Below are positions 11,897-26,396 of a stretch of DNA of 64,000 bases, piece by piece. A program made the position numbers and the translations under genes. Below the pieces are notes generated by a model. That model searched no databases. It was not told the DNA's origin and saw only the letters and a program-made list of their open reading frames with translations. Source of the stretch: Eledone cirrhosa (taxonomy: Eukaryota); assembly GCA_964016885.1 (NCBI GenBank), contig OZ024742.1, positions 87,978,001 to 88,042,000 of the forward strand. Direction: 5' to 3'. Position 1 is the first letter of the stretch; every line of letters begins with the position of its first letter.

Positions 11897-11900
<4 letters not shown>
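10735..11900. mobile_element. Non-coding element bounded by about 170-bp direct repeats, in (TA)n
   Basis: 10735-10908 is nearly identical to 11722-11898. Internal tandem duplication of about 250 bp (10900-11150 versus 11150-11400). Confidence 0.7.
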
Positions 11901-11934
<34 letters not shown>

Positions 11935-13489
11935 AGTATATATATACATTTGTGTATGTTTAACTGTGTGGGCGCGCCAACTCGTAATTACACATAACAT
12001 TATGCATATATTGGTTATTGCAAATTCATCTCGGGATGAAATTATATACATAGCAGTTAATAAATACATGTATATATTGAGAAAGAAATGCTTTACAAAA
12101 GAAATGAGAACAATAGCTAAACAAAGATAGATTGAGAGAGAGAATGAGCAGGAGAAATAGATTAATATTGAGGTGGAGAATTGATATGTTGAATTAAATA
12201 TCACACGTTTACTGCAGCTAACATTAATACATTTTATGTAGATCAGTCACATTCTAAATTTTAATTAGTTAGCATGCATATAAATATCGATTTTCGCAGG
12301 GTTCACAGTTTCCTCTTACATCACTAACTAAATGTAAACCCTATATATATTGAGGTTGGGAATTTTATTAAATGAATAAGCATTAACTTATTTCGAACTA
12401 ACTAGGAAACTTACTTTTAAATGTTTCTGAGACCTATATTATCACATGTATTTATTTATTTAGTTTGAAGAAATACAGGCGGCATTAGTATATTGTCCAT
12501 ATGATATACATTTCTACATAAAATTATTCTGAATATGATCATTTTTATAGATATTATCATATTCATAGATCATTCCCCTGTTTTTATTTGTAAAACCGTC
12601 ATGGTTTCCTTCAGAAACTTCATCAACTCATCTCAGCACAAAAATCATACATTTAAACTAAATAATAAAGACAGCTGGATTTATAAAAAAAATATTCAGT
12701 GGGAAATATAGATTTCACTATGCCACACAAAATTAGTATTAGCAAACTGTTAGCATAGATTACTTCAGAGGCATTTATGTGTGCTATGATACTTGCAATA
12801 TCCTCAATGTTAAGTTAATATAACTAAAATGAAGATGGGACATAAAGTCAGCCACAGATATTATCTAGAAGAGAAAGATATCGAGAAAATGTTTCTTTGA
12901 CCTCCAAACTATTCCTTGAATGTGTCCATAAAAATATGAAGGAAAATATATCGGCCTTGATTTCTCGAGCCGTGTTATTTATTAATTTCTTTCCTGGATT
13001 ACATATATCCCACATCCACTATGTTTTTACTGATTTTTCATTGTAACTTTCCGAAGTGTCAATGTTAAAGACATACGTTCTATGTGAGATTGTAATGGTG
13101 ACACTGGGTCAACCTACAAGATGTCCCTTTGTAATTTCTACATATCTAAATACATTGCTTGCGTTCACTTTCGTCTTCTACTTTAGAATACTAAACAGAT
13201 GACGATTTGTGATTTTGTTAGCTAGCAATACCAAATATCTGCAGGCATTCAACAATCCAAAAATAAGGAATCTTTTCAAAGTCAATAAAATCAACTTACC
13301 TGTCATTATGGTGTTTTTGTTGTTGTTTTTATAATGTATTATCTCTATCTTATCGATCACCACATGTTCTTTGGTATCGTGAAATCTTCATGTAAAGCCT
13401 TTGTGTTTCCCTGGTGTTATTTCTGCCGGTAAAAGAAAATGATATGCCTTCTTCACAAATATCATAGTATGTACCTTCCGGAAAAAAAT

Positions 13490-14885
<1,396 letters not shown>

Positions 14886-14890
14886 TTGAG

Positions 14891-14932
<42 letters not shown>

Positions 14933-15289
14933 AATATAAGGGACAAAAATGGTGTGTGGACAGGTGGAGGTTTCAGGGACATTGTTTATATGCGCACACT
15001 GATGTATATACGTATCTCAGTGATTTCATTGATTTTTGTGCATGTGTGTGCCTGTTCGCGTGGATATTGGATCAGTAAATGGGTGTGTGCGTGTGTATTT
15101 TCACGTGGAAGTTGGATGACTGTGCGATTGTGTCTATGTGTGTATCGACGTGTGCTTTGGTTTCATGTTTATTGTTTGTAGCGGAAAACAATTGTGTGCA
15201 AATGTTGATGATTATGTATAGGTATGTATAAATATATGTGTGTCTGTGGGAGGGGGGGGGGCGTCTTTGTATTTGTCTTTCAGAGATAT

Positions 15290-15560
15290 TCGAGGCGAAA
15301 ACGTGTGTTGAAACAGATATTGTTATACATTTTTGGGGGGAGGGCTACTGCCGCCAGTATAAGTACACACAGCCGTTGAATTTCACTTCAATTTATTATT
15401 ATTATATTTTCGCGTGGTTTGGTTTAATAACCGGATGGCTGTTTAGTTGCTGATTGTTAAAGTTCGTCATGAAACATTCCCTGACCTCTTCGGTGACCAC
15501 CTTTGTTACGTTTTGCACCCCCACTCCGTGTTGCTTTTGGGAGCTGCACATATACAATAA
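15290..15560 (-). mobile_element. Diverged pLTR of the Neptune-like PLE family with a decayed hammerhead
   Basis: cgtgtgttgaaacagatattgttatac...ttcacttcaatttatt...tgacctcttcggtgac is homologous to 54880-55090. Confidence 0.65.
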
Positions 15561-15649
15561 AACGTACAACTGGTCATTTAATCAACCGAGGAGAAATTGT
15601 GATGATAAATATAAGTGAAACATAACTGGTTCATGGGAATTACTTGGCA

Positions 15650-15684
<35 letters not shown>

Positions 15685-15699
15685 GTGAAGTAATTCCCA

Positions 15700-15739
<40 letters not shown>

Positions 15740-15869
15740 ATATTAATAAATGGAAACCATATTTATCAAACCATATTTATTTCATTATAAATAGTTCAAG
15801 GACACCAAAGCTTTATATCAGTTATAAAAATATTTGCTTGTTGTATCCCAACAAATTAAATATAACTTC

Positions 15870-15928
<59 letters not shown>

Positions 15929-15992
15929 CATATAAATATGTATGTATGTATGTATGTATTTATACATATATGCATATATATATACATATATA

Positions 15993-16066
<74 letters not shown>

Positions 16067-16104
16067 AATATAAATATATATATTTATAAATATATAAATA
16101 TATA

Positions 16105-16203
<99 letters not shown>

Positions 16204-16724
16204 ATATCATAATCTATAAAGCTCAGTGTATGGACATGCTCCTTCGTTATAGAAATCTACGATATAGAATTTCTTCAATTGAAATTTACAATTCAGTATT
16301 CGAAATAGCTTCGATTGCGTCTTGACGCAGATAATATTTTCAATTTCACCCAGAATTACGCAAAAAATAGATAAAACTCAATATTTTACGATTTTTCTCT
16401 CTCATTTAAACTGCTAAACACTTTCTACTACCATTCAAAATCTATACAACTTCATACTTTCTGCTACTTTCTCTTTCCAAGCTTAATGGTGATACTGTCC
16501 GTTTTTCTCTCTCATCTCATCTGCCAACCTCTATCTACAACCCACACATGTTGCTACTTTCTCTTTTATAATTCAAAATTACTGATTTATTTCCAAACGC
16601 ATACAAACACACACTCACTTCAAATGATAAAACAACATTTAAAGCAATTAAACAACGTGCGTGATTGCCGAAGAGAGAGAGAGAAGAGAGTGAGTGGGAG
16701 AGAGAGAGAGAGAACGTTTATTAT

Positions 16725-16792
16725 TAGATAAAGTACCAGTAATGTACTGGGTAATTGCTGGTCTTGTGCCAAAAAAGTAGAAAACATTATTA
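16725..16792 (+). mobile_element. SINE 3' fragment
   Basis: gataaagtaccagtaatgtactgggtaattgctggtcttgtgccaaaaaagtagaaaacatt. Confidence 0.8.
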
Positions 16793-17009
16793 CATTTCAT
16801 ACGAAACGACAATTATTCAAATTATTCAACAGATACATTTATTCAACAACAAGCGATAAATCTTTTTTAAAACCTCTCAACGAAAGTGGATTCTTACAGA
16901 CTTTGAGTCGAATCGGTTTGAAATTGTGCAAATGTATAAACATGGAACATGTGCACACACAACAACAACAACAACAATCTGCCTTTTATAGATAATGATA
17001 AACAATAAT

Positions 17010-17190
17010 ATCCTCTATGAGGTCACTAAACCTGCTAGAAACAGCAGCTAACTTTCCCCCATTTCACACCCCTCTCTACTGTCTTAAATTTAGAAAACAT
17101 ATCTTCTATGAGGTCACTAAACCTGCTAGAAACAGCAGCTAACTCTCCCCCATATCACACCACTCCCTACTGTCTTAAATTTAGAAAACA
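17010..17190. repeat. Tandem duplication of a ~90-bp interspersed-repeat fragment
   Basis: ctatgaggtcactaaacctgctagaaacagcagctaact...ctactgtcttaaatttagaaaaca occurs twice. Confidence 0.85.
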
Positions 17191-17194
17191 CACA

Positions 17195-17477
17195 GACAAC
17201 CATGCAGAATAACTCCATCGCAGCTCTGTTGTTCGGCTGGCATCGTTTACGTGCGTGTTGCGCAAGTACTGTGAAACAATAAATGTCAACACTTTTTTGC
17301 ACAGAGATAATATCCATAGGCGAAAGTACAATTGTCACTGCTGGCGCAGCTCATGCTTCCAGGTCTGTAATTCATTCACCCAGTGCCTGCCAGACAAAAA
17401 AGTGCTGCCATAAAATGGGTGGTGCAACCTAACTTTGGTAACTTAATGACCCCGAGCAACGCCGGGCTTTAATGATA

Positions 17478-17479
<2 letters not shown>
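17195..17479 (+). mobile_element. Possible Helitron 3' end
   Basis: A GC hairpin cccgagcaacgccggg is followed about 9 nt later by atagt (a decayed CTAG-T), as in Helitron right termini. Confidence 0.4.
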
Positions 17480-17529
<50 letters not shown>

Positions 17530-17532
<3 letters not shown>

Positions 17533-19190
17533 GGAGTGAAAAATAACACGTTTTAGCTATACATCAGGATTTATCCCAAGTTTTAACAAATGTTTCATTC
17601 GTCCGGTGTGTCTAAAAATCATTGTCCGCAGTGCTACTATGAGGGATGATTTAAAGTAGTTTCCGCCAGCCAAATTATCAAAATACTAATTCTGTGTTCG
17701 TAGTTACAACGCATTTATAATGATAATAACAAGAAAAGTAACCCGAACAATAACAAGAGGAAAACATATAGCTAGGAGAAGATAGTTGGATAATAACATG
17801 AAAAAAGTATATGAAAAGACAATAAGATAAAAATGTCAAAACAAATCAGATAAAGGAATAGTTGAAAGTCAAATTAGAAAATATAGTGACATCAAACAAT
17901 AGTATAGATATAGGAAAACAAGCGTTAAAGTGAAAAGGTTGTGGACAATATTATAAAATAATATAAAATTAAATTAAATTAAATAATAAAAATAATAAAA
18001 CGATAACAATCGGACAAGTGGATTGACAGATATTTTGAGAGATAAAGGCTTAATGGGTGAGGATGTAATAGTGGTGTAGAATGATGTGACAATGGCAATA
18101 ATGGATGATTGATATCATACGTGATGGAAAGCAGGGTGTGTCTAAAAAGAACGAATACTTAATCACTGGGGAGTGTCAGCTTCTCTTGTGTTCGATTGGT
18201 TTTGATTTCGTTTTGTTTTGCATTCCATTGGTTAATGGTATAAACTTTGAATTGTTTGGTTTATTTAGTTGTTTATTAGTGTTGTTGGTGATATAATGTC
18301 TGTGTTCGTAGGGCAATTTACGGATGCGTTTTTCCTTTAAGGGTGATAAGGAGATGTTAGAGTGGTTCAGTGGCGCCAAATTTGCAGACGTTATAAGTCT
18401 GGAGAATTTTGCTATTTATACTCATAGCAATACTGCTGCATCGGATCCTGTTTATTTTGGTTTATGATTTGAGAAATTGCTGGCGCCTCTGTGCCTAGAA
18501 CAGATTGTTCCTTCGAATTTGCTATTTAGTAGTGTTTTATTATATTGCAAAATATGGAGTAATTCCATATTGCATAAGCCGCATTGGGACATCACGTTCA
18601 TGTATGCATTAGCAATCGATATTTCTAACCAGCCTGTTTCATATTTTTGTTTGCTATCTACAAGCTGCTAGATTTTATTGGCCAGCGACGTTCTGTCACT
18701 GAGCTTACGGTGCTTTACGGAGTGCCGATGCATTAAAAATATTTATTATCATAATTGTTCATAACATTATCCAACTATCCCCTCCTAGCTATACTTTTCT
18801 TCTTGTTATTGTTCATGTTATTGTTCTTGTTATTATCCGTAAAAATGCGTTGTATCTACGAAAACCGAACTGGTATTTTCACAATTTCGGCTGGTGAAAA
18901 CTGTACTTAAATCGATTATCATTGTGACACTGCGGGTAGCAATTTTTAGACACCAATGAAACATTTGCTAATACTTGGAATAAACCCTAATGTAGACATG
19001 ATCTGTGTTATTATTCACTGCTTTTTTTGTATTAATACTCCAGGAACCGTTTACCTAAGAACTGTCTGGAATCGGCCACTCGAACACTACAACAAATTAA
19101 ACATCTTGTTGGGTCAACCAACGCCGAACGTTAGAATCATCAACGTTACAGATTACTCATAACCTCTACTTGGATTACCTTAAACCTTAC
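17530..19190 (-). mobile_element. Naiad-type PLE 3' remnant with inverted pLTRs
   Basis: Minus 18735-18480 translates HRHSVKHRKLSDRTSLANKI*QL...W...CGLCNMELLHIL...LLNSKFE...RHR (GIY-YIG C-terminal part). 17535-17810 and 18750-19025 are diverged inverted repeats. Confidence 0.8.
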
Positions 19191-19263
19191 CATGGTTACT
19201 TAGATATATATATATATATATATATGTGAGTGTGTGTGTGTGTGTGTGGGTGTGTGTGCGTGT

Positions 19264-19330
<67 letters not shown>

Positions 19331-19688
19331 TGTGCGTGTGTATGCGTAGGGAGAGAGAGATAGGGTGGGGGGTATTGTATGGGCAAACGTAAGCGAATAT
19401 CAGAGAATGTAATTTTAATATTCATAATCAAACGCGAGGTAGCTTTTAAAATGATGATGCTATTTCCAAGGAAATATTTTCCCCAGGCTTCATGTCTACG
19501 ATCAGTTAATCAATATATTTCTTCGCTCCACATGTTTATAGGATATATATATTCTTTTATTGACGCACATGCACACACACACACAAGCACAAACGCACCC
19601 GCACACACAAGCACACACAAGCACACACACAAGCACACACACAAGCACACACACCCACACACCCACAATCACAAAAATCACACGGACA

Positions 19689-20967
<1,279 letters not shown>

Positions 20968-21021
20968 TATATATATACAACGGTCATGGCATTGATAAAT
21001 ATGCTGGGTCCGTCAACTCCT

Positions 21022-21084
<63 letters not shown>

Positions 21085-21285
21085 CATGTATACGCTAATA
21101 CATATTTGTATACAGACGTACAGTAGTATGCATATATATACAGACATGCACACATATATATATGCACGTATGGATTTACCGAACATTTATTATAATGCTC
21201 GGTTTGTTTGTAACCAAACATCGCGAATTAAGCCGTACATTGTTTAGCAAGCATCGTTGCCCTTTTATTCAACACTGACAAAGGA

Positions 21286-21328
21286 ACGATGTACTAGTTT
21301 CAAGCTTATTAGCTATCGTCAGCACCGT
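21286..21328 (-). ncRNA. Minimal hammerhead ribozyme
   Basis: acggtg-CTGACGA-tagctaataagctt-GAAA-ctag-TA-catcgt on the minus strand. Confidence 0.85.
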
Positions 21329-21575
21329 ATACCTCCCTCCAGATGATTGAACGTCTGAAAGTATATACTTTCCTTATGCATATTAACGGCTGAGTAGCCT
21401 AATTTGCATATCGAGTGAGTTAATCGGCCGGGCGCAGCGAAAACGATAAATGGAAAAAATGAAACTAAATTTAATTTCTCACTCTTAATACGGCTGTTAC
21501 TTAAATATACGTATGTATACGTACATACATATATGTATACGGACGTACAGTAGTATGTATCTATATACATACATG

Positions 21576-21629
<54 letters not shown>

Positions 21630-21802
21630 CGTATGGATATACCGAACAAGAGAAATGATATTACGTTTCATTTTTTCCATTTATCGCTTTCGGTGTGCCC
21701 AGCCGATTAACTCACTCGATATGCAAATTAGGCTGCTAGGCCGTTAATATACATAAGGAAAGTATATACTTTCAGACGTTCAATCATCCGGCAGGAAGGT
21801 AT

Positions 21803-21845
21803 ACGGTGCTGACAATAGCTAATAAGCTTGAAACTAGTACATCGT
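21803..21845 (+). ncRNA. Hammerhead copy with G8>A core mutation
   Basis: acggtg-CTGACAA-tagctaataagctt-GAAA-ctag-TA-catcgt. Confidence 0.7.
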
Positions 21846-22469
21846 TCCTTTGTCAGTGTTGAAAAAAAAGGCAACGATGGTTGCCTTTTTGTTCAACGGC
21901 TTAATTCGTGATGTTTGTTTACAAACAAACCGAGCATTATAATAAATGTTCAGTAAATCCATACGTACATATATATATATATGTGTGCATGTATGTATAT
22001 ATATATACATACTACTGTACGACTGTATACATATATGTATGTACGTATACATACGTATATTTAAGTAACAGCCGTACTAAGAGTGAGAAATGAAATTTCG
22101 TTCCATATTTTCCATTTATGTATATTTATATATAACTCTGGCACAGCAGAGTTCATATATGTTAAACTTTTACGGGTTTTCTTTCATTCGAATTAAATCG
22201 CCCAATCATCCAGGATATTTTTCAGGTTTATCTCCGACGAACCCACCCACCCTCACGGATTCCACTTCATAATGGATGGTAAATTCGGAAATATTTGGGA
22301 TTATTAAGATTGGTAAGGTAACTTTCTATCATTCTCAGTCTATATTTTTTTGTTTTGTTTCCTCACATTCTTGTTACCATGGCACTAATATCTCACACGC
22401 AGTGCCTGGCTTCCAAATAACCAAACTTATTTCCTAGTTATATTTGTATTTCATATATATATATGTATG

Positions 22470-22620
<151 letters not shown>

Positions 22621-22865
22621 AATGTAAGTATGCATGTATACGTACATACATATATGTATACAGACGTACAGTAGCATGCACATATATATATATATATATA
22701 CATATATACATACATATGCATACAGGTACACATACATATATGCACGTATCAGTTTAGCGGCGCTAACGTCGCTTTGTTCGTTTGTAAACAAACTGAACAG
22801 CCTGAATTTATGCCATACGGTGTTAAGGCAACCACGTCACCTTTTTGTTCAACACTGACACAGGA

Positions 22866-22908
22866 ACCATGTACTAGTTTCAAGCTTGTTAGCTATCATC
22901 AGCACCGT
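22866..22908 (-). ncRNA. Minimal hammerhead ribozyme
   Basis: Mirror of 23138-23180, with one stem I mismatch. Confidence 0.8.
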
Positions 22909-23137
22909 TTACCCATCTGCCAGATAGTTGAACGTTCGAAAGTATATACTTTCCTTATGAAAATTAACGGCTGAGCAGCCTAATTTGCATATTGAGTGAG
23001 TTAAATCGGTCAGGCATACCGAAAACGATAAATTGACCGATTTAACTCACTCAATATGCAAATTAGGCTGCTCAACCGTTAATTTTCATAAGGAAAGTAT
23101 ATACTTTCGAACGTTCAACTATCTGGCAGATGGGTAA

Positions 23138-23180
23138 ACGGTGCTGATGATAGCTAACAAGCTTGAAACTAGTACATCGT
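23138..23180 (+). ncRNA. Minimal type I hammerhead ribozyme, canonical core
   Basis: acggtg-CTGATGA-tagctaacaagctt-GAAA-ctag-TA-catcgt. GUA cleavage triplet; palindromic stem III actagt. Confidence 0.88.
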
Positions 23181-23339
23181 TCCTGTGTCAGTGTTGAACA
23201 AAAAGGTGACGTGGTTGCCTTAACACCGTATGGCATAAATTCAGGCTGTTCAGTTTGTTTACAAACGAACAAAGCGACGTTAGCGCCGCTAAACTGATAC
23301 GTGCATATATGTATGTGTACCTGTATGCATATGTATGTA

Positions 23340-23373
<34 letters not shown>

Positions 23374-23589
23374 CATGCTACTGTACGTCTGTATACATAT
23401 ATGTATGTACGTATACATGCATACTTACATTTAAGTAAGTGCCATACTAAGAGTGAGAAATGAAATTTCGTTTTCATTTTGTTTCAATTTATATATATAT
23501 ATATATATACATACATACATACGTATATATATGTATGTATGACACCAACCACCCCACCCACAAGTATGGAGTTATGATTTCACAGACCA

Positions 23590-25760
23590 ATCTGGGTGTA
23601 GGCGCGTTATCCGGAATTTTTCCAAGGACATTTTGAATTTCGTGAGATCTATTTCCATTTTTGTGCGTTTCAGCGTAATGTTGAAAAGAGCGTGACAGTT
23701 GAGGATAGATAATTTTGCTGTAATGTTGTTATACAATGCGAGTTTGATTTTTGTTGTGGGCGTATAGGCCAGGATCCAAGCTTTAGATGTATTTGAAATA
23801 TGATGCTAACATCATGTGTACAATGCCGATGAAATATTTTACACTTCATGCAGATAATGTAGCACTCTCGTCGGCGTTTGAGAGAGTAACGTTTGAGCAT
23901 TTCTAGGGGACCCCAATAGACGAGGTTTGTCATGCCATCTATTCTTTGTGTGAGTCGCCTTTCGAATTGCTTCTATTTTCTTAATACTTTGGTTCACGTG
24001 CGGAGACTGCAGTGGACAACAGTATTGAAGGTTAGTCTAGACAAATATAGATAAGAGAAGGATTATTGTGTGGATATCTCTCGGCTGGATATATTTGAGA
24101 ATCCTGAAAGACATCCTGCGGGCCATGGCAACTTCTTTGTTTATGACCATTCCAGCTTCACTTGGTATCAACGGTTACTCCCCAGTCTCTGGTGTGGTTG
24201 GATGCCAGGATGAATTCCTCTAAGGGGAAGAGAATATAAGTTTCAAAGCGTCCCCTTTGCTAAATTGGTAAAATGTATCCTCCATCAGCAAGTAGATCTG
24301 ATTAAAGTCATGCCTGGTTTCATAATATTTTGATCACCTTTTGGAGCGTGGAATCATCTGCAATATTTATTTGAGATTGCTGTGCTTCATGGCGTCAATA
24401 GTGTATTTGATATACAATATTAAGAGAAGTGGGCCCAACACTGACTTATGTGATGCTAGTACTGATTTTATTTCTTCGATCACAAAATGTTGGGATCTGT
24501 CAGCACACACTTGATTAAAAGTAGTAACTTTCCAGAGACACCAATGTTGGATAGTGGATTTACAACTCGGTCAAAGGCTTAGTTGAAATCAAGATATATA
24601 ACATCAGTATTGGAGTCGTCTCCCAAAGCTCATCAGTTGTCATCAAATTTATCCAGAAGCTACGGTAGGCAGTCCTAGGTAGAACCAATGCTGTTTTGTG
24701 TTCAGCAAATGTTTGCTTTCAAGAAATATATTCACGATCTCAACACCCTCTCAATTACCTTAATGCTATGAAATATAAGTGAGACCGTCTAGTAAAGCAG
24801 TGCAATGTACTTGTGTCCCTTTTTGAAAACTGGGGCGACAGACTGGGTCAGCAAGTTTTCAATTCTTCCACAATTTAATTAAAGGTCTAAAGGAAGAGCA
24901 ATTCGGACACTAGCAGGAAACTTACAAAAGCCTACTACTGAGGGGTATTTAAATTCGATCAGTGTCGCTTCTAGATCCGGCCGCCAAATATTTTGTCAAA
25001 TTTAGTTTGTAAAGGATTAACATCACTGATTCATCCACATTTAGAATTGCTGCAAACAGAGCAATATTTTTTCTGCAGCATCTCAACCATGGTTTAATTA
25101 TTGTCTTATAGTGTGTAACTTTTGGCAGAGGAGATACTGACCTTGCATTTTTTTTTTCGCAAATGAAAAGAAAACCATGGAATTGAGTTTTGATTTCTCA
25201 ATGGCCCACTTCTCATCACCTGTTCTTTGGTTATTGATGATGGCCTTCATGTATTTTTAAATATTTTATGTTTTGATTCGAGCAGTGCAGCGCAATAGCA
25301 TTTAATTATGTACGTTCCTGTTGGTAGTATTTTCATTTGTTGATTTTGTTGTTTCTTTTTATTTTTCAGATAATAGTCTTACACTATTGGGGCGTTCTGC
25401 TCTGAGATTTCTTCAGAGATCTTGATCGGTATGGTTTGCACATATGTTTGTTAGAGTGTCGACAAATATCTGACAACATTGATGTTGGTGCAGATGTGAG
25501 CTTGTGCGAAACACCAGTCATTATTCGATAAATGAGATAGATCCCAGGTGGTATTATGTAGATACATGTTATCAATTGGCTGGTCAGGAAAGTGGTTATT
25601 TGGTTATGCTTTCGGTTGGTCAAATCTCATGTATCAGAGAATCTTGTCGGGGTCTAATTTAGGCTGCTTTCCAGTATACGTCTGTGTAATGTGCTCGTGT
25701 TCTTACTATAAACTAAGGCCAAATTCCTTTTCTGAAAGATTGTTTCTGCAAGAATAAGTT
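23590..25760 (-). mobile_element. Degraded CR1/L2-group LINE ORF2
   Basis: Minus-strand motifs: .RSVSL-like (YRPVSL position, ~24790), DVIYLDF..AFD (~24570-24605), SVLGPLL (~24425-24445), ADDSTL (~24345-24362), L..YSL.RRRE.YII..KI (~23830-23900). Confidence 0.8.
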
Positions 25761-25960
25761 GGGACATGAAAATATTATCCATAATATATATATACACCAC
25801 ACATGCACACACATATACATACAAATATATATATAAGTGGTGTAGACATTACAATAAAATACAATTCAAAGATTGATGATTGTGCAGATGTGCGACGAAA
25901 GAAATTTGATGGACTATATATATATATATATTTATATATGTATTTTTGACCAATAGTCAG

Positions 25961-26200
25961 TCAATGATCAACATTGATTGCCAATAAATTAACTATGGAG
26001 ATATAAAAGATACAGAAGCGAAAACCAACCCATACCAAACCATGAGTATGTTCTGTTATTATTTCTGGTTGACTTTGCCTTTCATCCTTACGGGGTCGAT
26101 AAAATAAAGTACCAGTAATGCACTGGGTAATTGCTGGCCTTGTGCCTAAAGTAGAAACAATTATTTCTGGTAATTTATAACAATATGACCCTCCCATAGT
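25961..26200 (+). repeat. PLE-terminus-like repeat (second copy at 29559-29697) carrying a SINE insertion
   Basis: attgattgccaa.taaat.aactatg...gagt.t.ttctgttat.atttctgg...aatat.accct.cc.a.agt occurs in both copies. Confidence 0.7.
26068..26160 (+). mobile_element. 5'-truncated SINE with target-site duplication
   Basis: SINE core and tail flanked by attatttctggt at 26058-26069 and 26160-26171. Confidence 0.85.
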
Positions 26201-26299
26201 TTAAATATATATAATATATAAGTTAAAACAATGAAATAAAATGTCACGTCATTAGAAATATACTTCACTGATTTACGATCGTTTCTAGGTGATAATAAT

Positions 26300-26396
26300 A
26301 CAACGTACGCATATTTCGTTATCGATCTATGTAGTGTTAGTTACACAATATCAGATAAGGAATATATTTACTTACATGCATATCATCAGCCGTTGT
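26300..26396 (-). ncRNA. Hammerhead motif, long stem II region
   Basis: acaacgg-CTGATGA-(~65 nt)-GAAA-tatgcg-TA-cgttgt on the minus strand. Confidence 0.7.

Larger units (their letters stand above)
21083..22130. mobile_element. Hammerhead-bearing pLTR fold-back (family copy A)
   Basis: 21083-21470 (with a partial tandem repeat at 21505-21640) is inverted relative to 21660-22060. Confidence 0.8.
22621..23490. mobile_element. Hammerhead-bearing pLTR fold-back (family copy B) with near-perfect ~400-bp arms
   Basis: 22621-23011 is the reverse complement of 23033-23431, with a spacer of about 21 nt. The mirror ORFs in the track differ by one residue. The right arm has about 55 extra nt. Confidence 0.9.
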
